From positions 1 to 62,153 of the forward strand of contig JAAPAO010000149.1 of assembly GCA_013115145.1 (NCBI GenBank): DNA of 62,153 nt. Reading direction: 5' to 3'. Source of the stretch: Perkinsus chesapeaki ATCC PRA-425 (taxonomy: Eukaryota > Protista > Perkinsozoa). Position 1 is the first letter of the stretch. Each line of letters starts with the position of its first letter. Below, piece after piece: positions 1-10,953 of this stretch. Below the pieces are notes generated by a model. That model worked only from the letters and a program-made list of their open reading frames with translations, was not told the DNA's origin and did no database searches. Both the position numbers and the translations under genes were made by a program.

Positions 1-152
1 AAACCGAGGCGATGATGATGCGGCACCGCGCATGCAACAAACCCTGCCACACTCGGACAGGCTAAGTTCAGTTTTCTCAGCGACCTTCACGATGCTATTC
101 AACGCAAACCAAATTGTTATGGGAAGGAACGTAGTGGTAATGTGGTCTGGTC

Positions 153-1147
153 TCAGCCCATAAGCTCGAAGTCGTCAAGCTCTTCATTGAACTCCATGAC
201 GTTGCGCTTGACCTGACAAACGAGATAGAAGCCTAAACACATGCAGCCAAGAGTCCACCTTAGAGCCTTGGCTCCACTGGAGGCAGTCCTCCATTTCCCG
301 GGTGACGTGCATGGCCGGATCAGTGACGACATCGGGCCCGACGGAAATGTGACCCTGTTCGATATAGCGGTTGGCTTGGGAGACCTGAGGGCCACGGCTT
401 GACGACCACGATGTGTTGATTCCGTCCTACTTGTTCAGTGAAATGGTTACGTGTTACGACAACAGCAAGGCGCCTTCGAGCGAAGGAAGAGGCTGAGAGC
501 TCGACGCACTTGTCCAGGGAGGAAGCCGTTGGGATCACGCCCATAGTGTACCTGGTAACCGATAAATATACGGTGGGAGTGGAGACCAGAGGTACATAAG
601 TAGCAATAAAAGATACTTTTTGGTGAATTTACTGACGCACCTTTACCCCAATGAGCCCCGAGGAAATTTTGCTTTGCAGTGGTACGGGGAGAAACTTTCA
701 CAGATGGATTGAGGAAAAGCAGAAGATGATTCAACACAGAAATGGAGAGGCGCCCGCCCCTGCGAATACCGACAGCGAGTTTTTCAGACCACGCACTTTG
801 CTGCTGCACTTTATCAGCCATGAGGGGACGTCCAATAAGGTAGACAACGACACTCCTTACAGTTTATCGAGCAGGACTTCGGTCATCTTGATGCGTTCCT
901 CGTCACTGGCCGGCAACTTCCTCAGCTGGGCCACAACCTTCGTTACCAACCCCGACAGCTTGTTATACCTACTCCATAAAAATGGTCGGACCGTCTCAAC
1001 TACGGCTCACCTGGTGTAGTCCTCTCGATCCTGAATGCCGTATTTCCGAATGATCTTAGCCTCCCGGACGTTATTATCATCCCTCTTCCACTGGTATAGA
1101 TTAACCTTACGCAGGAGCTTCTGCTCGTGGGGCTTCAACTGTCGCAT
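153..1147 (-). CDS. IMP3: U3 snoRNP protein IMP3 (S4 domain), multi-exon
   Basis: Manual splicing gives [24 protein letters not shown]...[45 protein letters not shown]...ARRRLAVV...[27 protein letters not shown]...[15 protein letters not shown], matching Imp3 along its length. Confidence 0.93.
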
Positions 1148-1332
1148 ATTAACAAGCCTACTAAGCGCGATTGAGGGCCACTACAACTCTGCACTGGTCC
1201 GGCCACAATGATAGACAAGCAGTAAAATCGCCAGAAAGACGAATGGACTCTCGGCGGTAAGACGATTAAATGTTGCATTAGAGCCACACAACCTTCAAGT
1301 CGATCGGCTCCTTATTCTACAGAAAATGAAAA

Positions 1333-4300
1333 CTACGAGCCCTCCACGTAGAGCCTCGCGCCCGTCTTGAGGAGGGCCAACACTGGGGTAAAAGAGTCAA
1401 CTGGTACCGAAAAAACCGGTATGTGTACGTGGCGGCAAATCCAAGCTTTATTAGTCTCGCAAAACATAACCAGACTCTTCTTCGCCTTCACCGGTGGGGC
1501 ATCGTCCAGGATCAACACACCCTTTGCACCCGTCAGTTGGGCGTGCAGAGCTTTCTCTGTGAAGGAGCAATTCCCTCCTCGCCGGACGACCAGCATCACA
1601 TCAGCATGGCTGTCAAACTCCACTCGATTCGGCATTTCACAGGCAAACTCCGAGCCATTGGCAGCCAATTCGATCCGCATGCTTGGCGCCTTTTGAGCCA
1701 GCGGCAACTCTTTCCATTGGAGCCCGTAGGAGCTCTCCCGTGGCCGCGTAACGTTGAGGTGAACACTGTTGTCTAATAGACAGCTTTTTCGTTGCTTTAA
1801 CGAGGAGCGAAGGGACCGACTTGAGTGTATCAGCGCAGTGAGCCTCGTCCGCTTAAGATTCTCCCAGTCCATCTTATCGGTCTTCATACCGCTCCTTTTC
1901 TCCATTTTGCCACCGAAGTTCGCCCTTCCGACGGTCAGATTGAACACAGTCTCCTCGCCACCGACAGCCTCTCCCCGCAGGACCATTTTCGTCTTTGCTA
2001 TCGGCACTGTGACCGCAGTCGGCGCTGCGCGTTTCGGCGCGCCACTGAATTGCGGCCAAACGGTCCAGGCCCCGTGCACTAACTGCCAGTCAACCAAGAC
2101 CACCAGCTTCTGTACCGGCGATGGTCCTTCTGGGCACATCAAGCGAGATGCTGAACCTATCAGGACAAATCCTTTCTAGTGCGCAAAGATGCGCTTGCGT
2201 ACCACTGCGCCTGGTCCTCGTCTGCTCAGGACCGACCAGTGGCGTAAGCTCCTTTAGAGGGAGCACATGTGCCTCTGTGGTGTGCACTCTGGCCATGGCC
2301 GATGTACCCAAACGCTCGGTGACAACATCAGGCGGATTGGTGCCAATAAACCTGATAGAGGCAGGTTAACAGCGATAGATCGGGCCGAGACCTACATATA
2401 CGGGAGAGTCTCGCTGAGGAAGAAACTGTCCATTCTATCGTCATGCCGGTGGCCTAGGACGTCAGCTAGGGAAGCGTACCCACAGACAGCCTGAGAAGAC
2501 ACAGGAGGTTTGACTGGGCCTGTGAATTCATCCAGAGTCGGCTTGAGTAACACTCGCAAAATTCTATCCACGCTCACCCTATAGGGACCAAGGACTAGCT
2601 CGGTCACGGAGAAGCTGTGCTACGAAATTCTCATGAACTTGCCTACCACGACTGGACGCAAGCTTGCCAACAGGCGACGTTGACTTTGCGTATGGCGAAC
2701 TCTAAACTCTGTTTCCCACTCAACCCCGTACTACTTTATTCCTCTTTTCTATATCTCCTGCCATGGCCTCAAGCTTCCACTTATATGATTCATCCTCTAC
2801 CCCACCCACAGTGGCCGCCCCCAACTGTGCGAGGCTCTCGGCCAGCTCTGGCCTAGAAGGCATATCAATCCTACTGACAGCGGTAAAGCTCCCTACCGTA
2901 GATTGTAGTCCTTGCCGTAGCCGAGAAGGCTCACTTGGCCACCTGTAATGTCGGCCACTTCCGGCAGCCCACCCATGGAGTCCCAGAGTCGAGACCACAT
3001 ACGAGTGACCGAAGTAGCATAGGCCGATGGGCCCTGGATGGAGTTGACCACTGAGATGAAATGATATTTCGCGCACAAGTGTGAACAGGATGCAGCTACC
3101 TCCTCCCCAAAACCCCTGCAGCGGTGAAACCTGGCTATGCGCCGGCACATCATTCGCAATGTCGAACGTGAACTGGCCGCCGGCTTGATAGGCAGCTGGA
3201 CAGCTAGAGGTGTCAGAAAAGACATACAGTGGACTTACTGATGCCCTGGTAGTGGTCCATGAATCGGTCATACAATTCCACATCTCCGAACAGGACGTAG
3301 CCCTTCAGCAAGTACCTATCTCGTGCATGCCATCACTCCTCGCTATCATCCAATCCCTCACTCGTAATAGGAGTCATGGCCAGGCCCGGCTCCAGAGGAT
3401 AAGCTGTCGAGCCATAACCCAGCGAACGGTGATATAGTAGTGGGCAACAGCGCAGCATCGCCCAGCCTCATATGCCTGAACATAAGCAAAGTTACATAGT
3501 AGTGCCAGAGAGGGAGTTTTACCAGAGGAAGTCCAAAGCATTGCGAGCTACTGTATAGTACTTGGGGTCCCCGGTGAGGAGGCTTAGAGTGCCAAATTCT
3601 GGACAGAGAGCGTTACTACATCTGTACTAGTTTATCGCATTACCAAGGAGCCAACTGCCGGCCTCCGCAACGGACGTGGTCTTCGGCACCTCATCATCAC
3701 CTTCAAGACCATGGGCCAGATTTATCCTGGAGGCGGGCAGCCCTGTTGCGGTATCGAACGCCTTATAGAGCCTGAAGAGCGGGAATGTAATGGGAAGGAC
3801 GGACGGTTTGTGCTACCTGTCCCCAAGGTCGATGGCTTGGCTGAGGAGGCCGTCGTGGTAGCCAGAAGGGATGCCCATGCGCTTAGCGTGAAGGTGACCA
3901 GAGATAAGGCCACCAAGGACACGGATATTCATTTCGAAGGCCGAGACAAGCTATCAACAGACCCAGGTTCGATCCCGGCACCAAGCATATTTACTACCAC
4001 ATCCCTATCAAAGGTGACATTATGGGTGATATATTCGACTGCTTCCCCAAAGTCCTCCAGCCGGTCAAATAGGACCAGTGCATCCAGCGCGTCGATATAC
4101 CTACACGCTGCCATACTCACCAGCTGCTGGGTACTAGACCTACGTCATGGATACATTGGCCAAATTGAAGTCTAGATCTCCCCGTTCACGAAGAACACGT
4201 CCATCGCACGAGACCGGCCGCAGCTCATCGTGAGGGAAAGCGTACCTGCGAAGAACTCAAAGGGAATCAAAAGGGTTCTATTATACCTCATGTAGGCTCC

Positions 4301-4867
4301 AAAAGCATGGTCGAACATTCGCTCTAGGAGGTCCCTGAAATACGGCACTCCTAGACATCATACGAAGATGGCCAATTGGCCATCAATGATAAGATATAAT
4401 CTTTCGGGGTGATCGGGAAAGTGCCGAGCAATACAACCGCCGATTGGCTGCCCGACAAGAATGATCTCGTGGGAGGGAGAGAGCATAATAGGATCACCGG
4501 TGGAGCTATCTTGTTGAACAATTAAGTCTGGCGTTACTGCGTCAGAAATTATTCTGGCTTCGCCACGGCAGTATAGAAAGGTCTAGATACGGTAGGTCTA
4601 AGTGATTTCCCCATCCGGATTGCATCAGACATAGACGCACCACTCCCATACTTGGAGCACTCTTCAGCAGTCCAAATTATCCTTCCCAGACCCCTCTCCC
4701 TATTTCCCCGAGGCCGGACGAGACTCTGCTCCGGATCCGATGAGATCTCGGCTGCGAAATTCCCCTTCTCTCCTGGCGCCCGTTTATTACATTCCACCAC
4801 TTGTCCCATCCTGAGGCACAGCAACTGCCAGCATGACGGCCACTGTGACGAGCAAAGCTATTTGCAT
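1333..4867 (-). CDS. EDEM3-like ER alpha-1,2-mannosidase (GH47 plus C-terminal protease-associated PA domain), multi-exon; 5' end tentative
   Basis: Exons encode MFDHAFGAYMRYAFPHDELRPVSC, IDALDALVL, DYNLRPELAES and MDSFFLSETL (GH47 motifs). Last exon has RRGGNCSFTEKALHAQLTGAKGVLILDD (PA domain). Candidate signal peptide MQIALLVTVAVMLAVA at 4867. Confidence 0.85.
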
Positions 4868-5048
4868 TCACTTATTGCAGTGGTTAAAACAATTCATACT
4901 GCAGACTCTGCAGTGCAGAGGAATCCATCGACTGCTGCCAGCCGCACTTGGGAAACACAAAACGTTCATCGTTGCAAAAGTACTGGTGATTCATCCAGAG
5001 CTGATGAGATACACTAACAAGGAACTATAATACCAATAAGTACAGCAG

Positions 5049-6362
5049 TCACTCCTTTCCGCTGGCGGACAGCGACGACGGACGATTTCTCGCATACTTA
5101 GGCGAGGGCTCGTCAGACCCACTCCGCTGGTCACTACCACTACTGGTGTCCATCGTGCCAAGCTCTAGATCGCCCTTCTCCACATCAGGCTCCTCAGTCG
5201 GGACGGCCTTCGCTTGTGGAGGCGCTGTCTCTGGGTACCGACTATAAATCCAAACGCCCGCCGTAACCTGAGCTCATGGAGCTGACTCCGCCACTTCCAG
5301 GGACCTTGTATTACCAGTACGAGCGACAGGAAGACCCCAAGGTCGATGGGGTAGCCAAACACTATGGCCGATGCAATGGCGACCGTCCACACCTGGATGG
5401 CCGCCGCGATAGACTTGAGAATTGAATTCAAATGCTTGAGGAAAAACCCTACGAACAACAGGCGTGGCCAGCGAACCTCCGAGTCCGTGGCTACCGGTCA
5501 TAACACCTGTAATGGCTGCATTGAAAATGATCGCCAAAACATTCCAAGATAATATAGGTTTGAGGTTCTCAGGAGAGAACGCTGTAATTAGGCCCCAGCC
5601 AGATCCACGGACCATCAGTCCCAAGGCATTACACGCCATAGAGACCAAGTACCTAACCGATACTACTTGTAGCAGCAAAGAGGAGGCTTGGTCGCCGGTT
5701 GGCTACATGAACATATTCTGGACGTTGGGACTGGCAGTATCCTGTCCTTTCAGAAGCTTCTCGTTATAAACACCGGCGAAACTTGAGAGCAATACCAGCA
5801 AGAGGACCAGCAAGTAGTCCCAGATCGAATGACCTCCCTCAAAACCGTGGAAGAAGACTTTGTATCTAACGTCCAAGCAAGTAAGATTCCCCGAGGTTAA
5901 ATAGCCTTACTCCTTCATCATTGCGCCCAAGGTGATGATAAAAAGACCTAGCCATTGCATCTTGCTGACGGGCTTGTGCAAGATGGTGACACACAGCACT
6001 GCTGTCACCACCAATTTTGCTTGTAGCAAGACATAGTAGGTTGCTGGATCGAAGGTGGCCATGGAGATGAAGGTAAGGTTGTTGTAGATCGCATAGAGGC
6101 CAGCCGGAACCAAATAGAGCACGGCCAACTTCTTATGGACCACCATTTGACGCCAGAGATCTCCAAGGCTGCCCTCGGAGCGAACGAACAAGAAAACAGT
6201 TATGAGCATCTTGCAGAAGTCTTGCAGGAACACCACAGTAGTGTAGTTGTATTCTATTCCCCTTTTGGCGGCCAAATGAACCAAGATGCTCTGTGAGGTC
6301 CAGACCACAATGTACCCTATGAACAGGGCGAATTTAAACGGAGTGTCTAACCCAAGCAGCAT
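5049..6362 (-). CDS. Nucleotide-sugar transporter (SLC35A / UDP-Gal / CMP-Sia family), multi-exon
   Basis: Multi-TM protein with LYLVPAGLYAIYNNLTF, YYVLLQAKLVVTA, SSFAGVYNEKLLK and NSILKSIAAAIQV motifs typical of SLC35A; stop TGA at 5049-5051. Confidence 0.88.
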
Positions 6363-6370
6363 TATAAGTA

Positions 6371-6643
6371 AAACAGCTGAGGCTCAAGACATCCCTTTAT
6401 GCTAGTGAACTCAGTTGGTCACTTTACGATCTTTACACTGGGAATGCTGGCCTGTTGGCCCCTCCAGCGTGGTAGCGGTGAAATTTATACTTCTCTCGAG
6501 TTCCCGTTCAGTCCTATACGGTCTTCTCCTCTGAGTAATACTATCGCTCATCTGCCCACCACAATATGGAGCCTCCATTGCATCGGACCACTTCAACAAC
6601 GCAAGTCGCCATAATCAAATCTCGCTACGCCATTATAATCGAT
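6371..6643. repeat. ~273-bp dispersed direct repeat, copy 1
   Basis: Aligns to 10487-10760 with about 14 substitutions and 1 indel by manual count; begins aaacagctgaggctcaag, ends gccattataatcgat. Confidence 0.95.
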
Positions 6644-7245
6644 ATGCCTTCCAATCATGAGTATATTTGGCAAAGGTCCACTATGAAGTTTATCACTCTG
6701 TGGCCCACCTACGTTCTCAGATGCCTTTTTATATGCCTAAAAGGGCATCCTGCGACACTGCCAATAACCCAGAACTTTTCTTCTTACTCGTTCGTCTTGT
6801 CCACAATCCATTATACATTTTTCTGGTTGGAAAATGTTAAGCCCTATCCGAACCACTCTAGGAACGTCAGCTTGGTCGAAGTTGAGGAGAGATAAACCTC
6901 ACCCGTACGCAATGACGCTTTCGCTATTTTTCCTAAGTTAGCCAGCTCAAGTCCAAGACGCCGGTTTACGAACATTAATTCCACAGATTTGTCTGGAACA
7001 AGGTCTGATTTAGGAGCATCTACTTGGACCTATCCTCCACCGACGGGGCTGGAATCTTAGGTTCAAGCGCGCTCGAGTAATGTCTTTGAATTCTCATGAC
7101 GGAATGCTTGCCCTAACCGGTGAGGAATCAGGGGCGCTTATTTTTTATGGTGCGAATCGCACCGTGCGATACATTCTTAGCATTGCTTAAGATATTTATT
7201 AGCTCTACTATGTACTCCATTTCAGATTGCTTTTGAGCTGTTTGG

Positions 7246-10203
7246 ATGTCCTGCGACTCCGGCCCGACTCTATTGGCCCTTCTTGAAGGCCTCACTTCGC
7301 CACACTCTGATATTAGGCGGTCCGCTGAGGCTGCCTTATCCGAGCGAGAAATCCAGCCAGGCTTCCAGAGCACTCTATGCCGCCTGGCCGCGGACCCAGC
7401 TCAAGCCGTGCCCATGAGACAGCTGGCCCTCACCATCGTCAAGCGCAATTTACGGCATCACTGGGAAGATATCACTGCTGAGGAGCAGGACGGAATACGA
7501 GGCTTATTAGGTGAGAATCTCTTCGAGCCAAACAGTACAGTGCGCAAACTCGTGCACGCATGCGCAGCTCAATGTGCGGCCCAGACATCGCTGAAGGGCT
7601 GGGAGAATGTCTTGGACACGGTGGTTCGGGCCATGCAAGACCCTTCGGCCCAGCCGGACCGCCGAGCGATATGTTTTGATTTGCTGCAAGTGTTCCAAGA
7701 CGAGGCCGGCCCTGAGGTTGCCGGTCACCTCTTACAGTTGGAAGCCTCCCTGCGCACTCTGGCCATGGATGTCAGTATCGATCTGGTGGCCAGATGGAAG
7801 GCCCTAGATCTCTTTGGCAGCTCCGCAGCCATCGTAGCAGAGCAGGCCTCGACAAAGGCTCAGCGCAGTCAGCTGGCAGCTGGCGTATTGAGCGGTTGGC
7901 TTCCCGTTGTGGAGCAGATGGCCCGGAGTGGAGATGTCTTGGCCGTCCTCGCGGCAGTCCGAATCGTCAGTCGCCTTTTACAGCGTCTCGGCTCTACTAT
8001 GAAGCCGTTGCTGGAAGCTGTGCTAGATCCAGTGTGTGAGTTCATCCAGAAGGGCCAGGCGCAATACGTCAATTTAGTGGTTAACTCTGAGGAAGGCGGC
8101 ATCGATGAGGAGGAGGACGGTGGCCCTACGACCCTCCTGGTCCAGTTCTGTGAGCTCCTGTCATTGGTGGTATCCAAGTCGAAGCTGCGACCGATTATCA
8201 AGGGCAAGACGGCCGCGGTGTTGGAGTTGCTAGCTCCATACTGCCAGATTACCGAGAGCCAGATCGCCGAGTGGACAGATGACCCGGCGACGTTCTTGGC
8301 GAATGAAGATGACGATTTTGCTGCGCTGACCGTTCGCTTGTCGGCGGAGGGAATGGTGGCCGAGATGCTGGAAGCTTTCAGCAATGAGGCATTCAAGGCC
8401 ATCATCGAAGTGGCGACATCTCTGGTCCGAGATGGCACCGCGGCGGGATCAACTAACCCTTACGCATGGAAGAAGACTGAAGTTGGTTTGATCATGACGG
8501 GTTGGGCATGCGAGGCGATCAACCATCACGGCGAACAAAAGAAGCCGATCGCTCAAGTTGACAACATCGTCAAGGTCGCAGCGGTAATAGTTGGGAAGGA
8601 AGATGCGCCACCTTTCTTGCGGCTGCGGGGCCTGGCACTGCTGGCCAAGATATCCGACTACATGAAGGCATGTTTTGCCGCGGACTGCTTCAGTGTGTTG
8701 CAGCACAGCCTCCAGGCCATGCAGCCGAGCAACCATATTTGTTTGAGGCTCGTAGCCACCAGATCTTTCTGCCAGTACCTGCGTATCTGTGCTCCGCAGC
8801 GCCCTGAGGAATGTAACCAGCTCTTGCTCAGTGGTGGGGGCTTTCAGTCCATTGGCAGTCTCATGAACTGGTCGGGCGAGGGTCTGGCCGACGAGTCGAT
8901 GCACCTTTGCATTGAGGCACTCACTTCTATTACTCGATTCTCCCCAAAAAGCATTGTAGCTGTCAGCGAAGACTTTCTGGGGCTTACTATGAGCCTCTGG
9001 GACAGGGCAGCCATGGACCCACTGGTTCACTTGCAAGTCTTGGATCTTCTCTCCTGCGCTTGCGGGGTAGATAAGAGTCTCTTGGACAAGGTCTCGGCAA
9101 CCGTGACGCCTAAGATCCGTCAGTGCCTGGCCGCTCCCGATGAGCATGAGAGCCATACCGTGGGCAGCTCTATAGAGCTCCTGTCTATATTATTGAAACG
9201 CTCATCAGTTCCCTATCCACAGGACATGTGGTCATGCGTGGAGCCTTTGCTGAACCTCTGTCTCCATACTACAGATGCTCCTCTCATGCAGAATGCCTGC
9301 GACACCATCCTGTACATAGTCCGCCGGGCCCCTATGGAGCAGCTGGAGCAGTCTAAGACCATGGTCCTCTCTACGATCGAACGGCTACTCAATGCAGATG
9401 AGCTGGACGACTCGGCCGCCATGTTTGCTGGCCCTCTGATCACCGCTGTTGTCGAGCGCATGGGCTCGTGTCTCGGCCCTCAGTTCATGCAGGCGATGCT
9501 GCAAAGGCTGCTAGCGGCTCGAGCGCAGCACCTGGTGCAGTCGCTGCTGGTCGTGTTTGCGCGCTTGGTCCACGCCAATCCGGTGGGTGTGGTAGATAGT
9601 ATGGCGAGTTTCACGATCCCTCTTGATGGCAAAGCAGCCACTGGTCTGGAAGCTCTGATGGCCATGTGGTGCGTTACTGCTCCTAAGGTCGCGGCTAGGG
9701 ACTCCAGGACGATCCTACTCACGGCCCTCATAAAACTCATCGACAGCCGCGCACCTGCTCTGTTGGCAGTCCGCACCCGGACGCCCCTTCCTGTGAGACT
9801 GATTGAAGTCCTCACCGCTGGCCTGGAGTACGAGGTGAAGCGGGATCGACAGAAGTCCCACGTCAGAGGGGCCAACCTCTTCGGTGATATGATCGACACT
9901 AGTGAGGATCTTGATGGAAGCGATGATGAAGAGCTGAGCGAGGAGGACGCTTACAATGACATCCTGGGCCAGTTGCAGGACTTCGGCGAGGAAGATAGTG
10001 ACTCTGATGATGAGGAGGAGGAGGACGAGATCAACGACCCATTGCTAGAGGGGGTTGTCCTGAAGGTCACTATGTTGGACGCGTTCCGAAGGTGGGAGGC
10101 TGAGAGCCACCCTTGGTATGCTGAATGCCCGGCCGAGGTGAAAGAGAGGCTTGGTAAGGCAGTACAGAAGGCAGTGCAGCAACTGAAGCAAGCTGGCCAG
10201 TAG
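7246..10203 (+). CDS. IPO9: Importin-9-like karyopherin-beta (IBN_N + HEAT repeats, acidic C-terminal loop), single exon
   Basis: 985-aa ORF: N-terminal IRRSAEAALS...PMRQLALTIVKRNLRHHW, WTDDPATFLANEDDD (H8-type), PFLRLRGLALLAK, acidic loop near the C-terminus. Confidence 0.85.
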   Translation: MSCDSGPTLLALLEGLTSPHSDIRRSAEAALSEREIQPGFQSTLCRLAADPAQAVPMRQLALTIVKRNLRHHWEDITAEEQDGIRGLLGENLFEPNSTVRKLVHACAAQCAAQTSLKGWENVLDTVVRAMQDPSAQPDRRAICFDLLQVFQDEAGPEVAGHLLQLEASLRTLAMDVSIDLVARWKALDLFGSSAAIVAEQASTKAQRSQLAAGVLSGWLPVVEQMARSGDVLAVLAAVRIVSRLLQRLGSTMKPLLEAVLDPVCEFIQKGQAQYVNLVVNSEEGGIDEEEDGGPTTLLVQFCELLSLVVSKSKLRPIIKGKTAAVLELLAPYCQITESQIAEWTDDPATFLANEDDDFAALTVRLSAEGMVAEMLEAFSNEAFKAIIEVATSLVRDGTAAGSTNPYAWKKTEVGLIMTGWACEAINHHGEQKKPIAQVDNIVKVAAVIVGKEDAPPFLRLRGLALLAKISDYMKACFAADCFSVLQHSLQAMQPSNHICLRLVATRSFCQYLRICAPQRPEECNQLLLSGGGFQSIGSLMNWSGEGLADESMHLCIEALTSITRFSPKSIVAVSEDFLGLTMSLWDRAAMDPLVHLQVLDLLSCACGVDKSLLDKVSATVTPKIRQCLAAPDEHESHTVGSSIELLSILLKRSSVPYPQDMWSCVEPLLNLCLHTTDAPLMQNACDTILYIVRRAPMEQLEQSKTMVLSTIERLLNADELDDSAAMFAGPLITAVVERMGSCLGPQFMQAMLQRLLAARAQHLVQSLLVVFARLVHANPVGVVDSMASFTIPLDGKAATGLEALMAMWCVTAPKVAARDSRTILLTALIKLIDSRAPALLAVRTRTPLPVRLIEVLTAGLEYEVKRDRQKSHVRGANLFGDMIDTSEDLDGSDDEELSEEDAYNDILGQLQDFGEEDSDSDDEEEEDEINDPLLEGVVLKVTMLDAFRRWEAESHPWYAECPAEVKERLGKAVQKAVQQLKQAGQ

Positions 10204-10486
10204 GCTTAACTCTATATACCAAGCACTGAACTATACGTACTCCAAATCGCTCTACCATTTTCGACGTTTCTCATCGGTTGGTCGGGTTGCGTTTGATGGA
10301 GCAGCACGTGTTAGAGGCTGGTGTGAATGATGAGGGTTGATATCAATGCCGGTACGTGGGCTGTCAGATGTATTCGGGACTGTGCGCTTGCGGTCCGATA
10401 TGGCAGGGTTCCGGTCTATTTAACCTCTGTGACTCGTAGGTCGCGAGATCCTCATCGTTATATACCCTACAAACAGAGGGACTTTG

Positions 10487-10760
10487 AAACAGCTGAGGCT
10501 CAAGACATCCCTTTATGCTAGTGGACTCGATTGGTCACTTTACGATCTTTACACTGGGAATGCTGGCCTGTTGGCCCCCTCCAGCGTGGTAGCGGTGAGA
10601 TTTACATTTTTCTCGAGTTCCCGTTCAGTCCTATACGGTCTTCTCCTCTGAGTAATACTATTATTCATCTGGCTACCACAATATGGAGCCTCCATTGCAT
10701 CGGACCACTTCAACAACGCAAGTCGTCATATTCAAATCTCGCTACGCCATTATAATCGAT
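10487..10760. repeat. ~273-bp dispersed direct repeat, copy 2
   Basis: Same orientation as, and about 94-95% identical to, 6371-6643. Confidence 0.95.
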
Positions 10761-10953
10761 TATTTTGCGCATATGCTTTGGTCGCAGAGGTGAGCAACAC
10801 GTTGTGCTTTATAACTCTATTATCGGCCCGTGTCCTTTGGTGACTTGAAGCTGCTTATTAAAGCGCTTTAGTTTCGACCATTCGCTCCCGTGCATCACGT
10901 CGCCAGTTTAGCCCTGGTGGTATTGGTCCTGGTTTGGGCAGTTGCTTTTTATA

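Noticed and set aside
630-840. RNase MRP-like motifs (GTCCCC ... CGGGGCTCATT) in the IMP3 intron
   Set aside because: P4 pairing is imperfect, conserved CR-I/CR-V adenines are absent, and there is no room for the P1-P3 domain
6379-6388. GGCTCAAG as a spliced-leader gene or relic
   Set aside because: Only 8 nt match the perkinsid SL 3' end; there is no ACCGTAGCCATC and no following GT donor
6464-6486. 16S-rRNA-like ccagcgtggtagcggtgaaat inside the repeat
   Set aside because: About 20 nt with gaps, altered in copy 2, and flanks do not resemble rRNA
6371-10760. Canonical LTR retrotransposon
   Set aside because: No gag/pol, PBS, TG..CA termini or TSD
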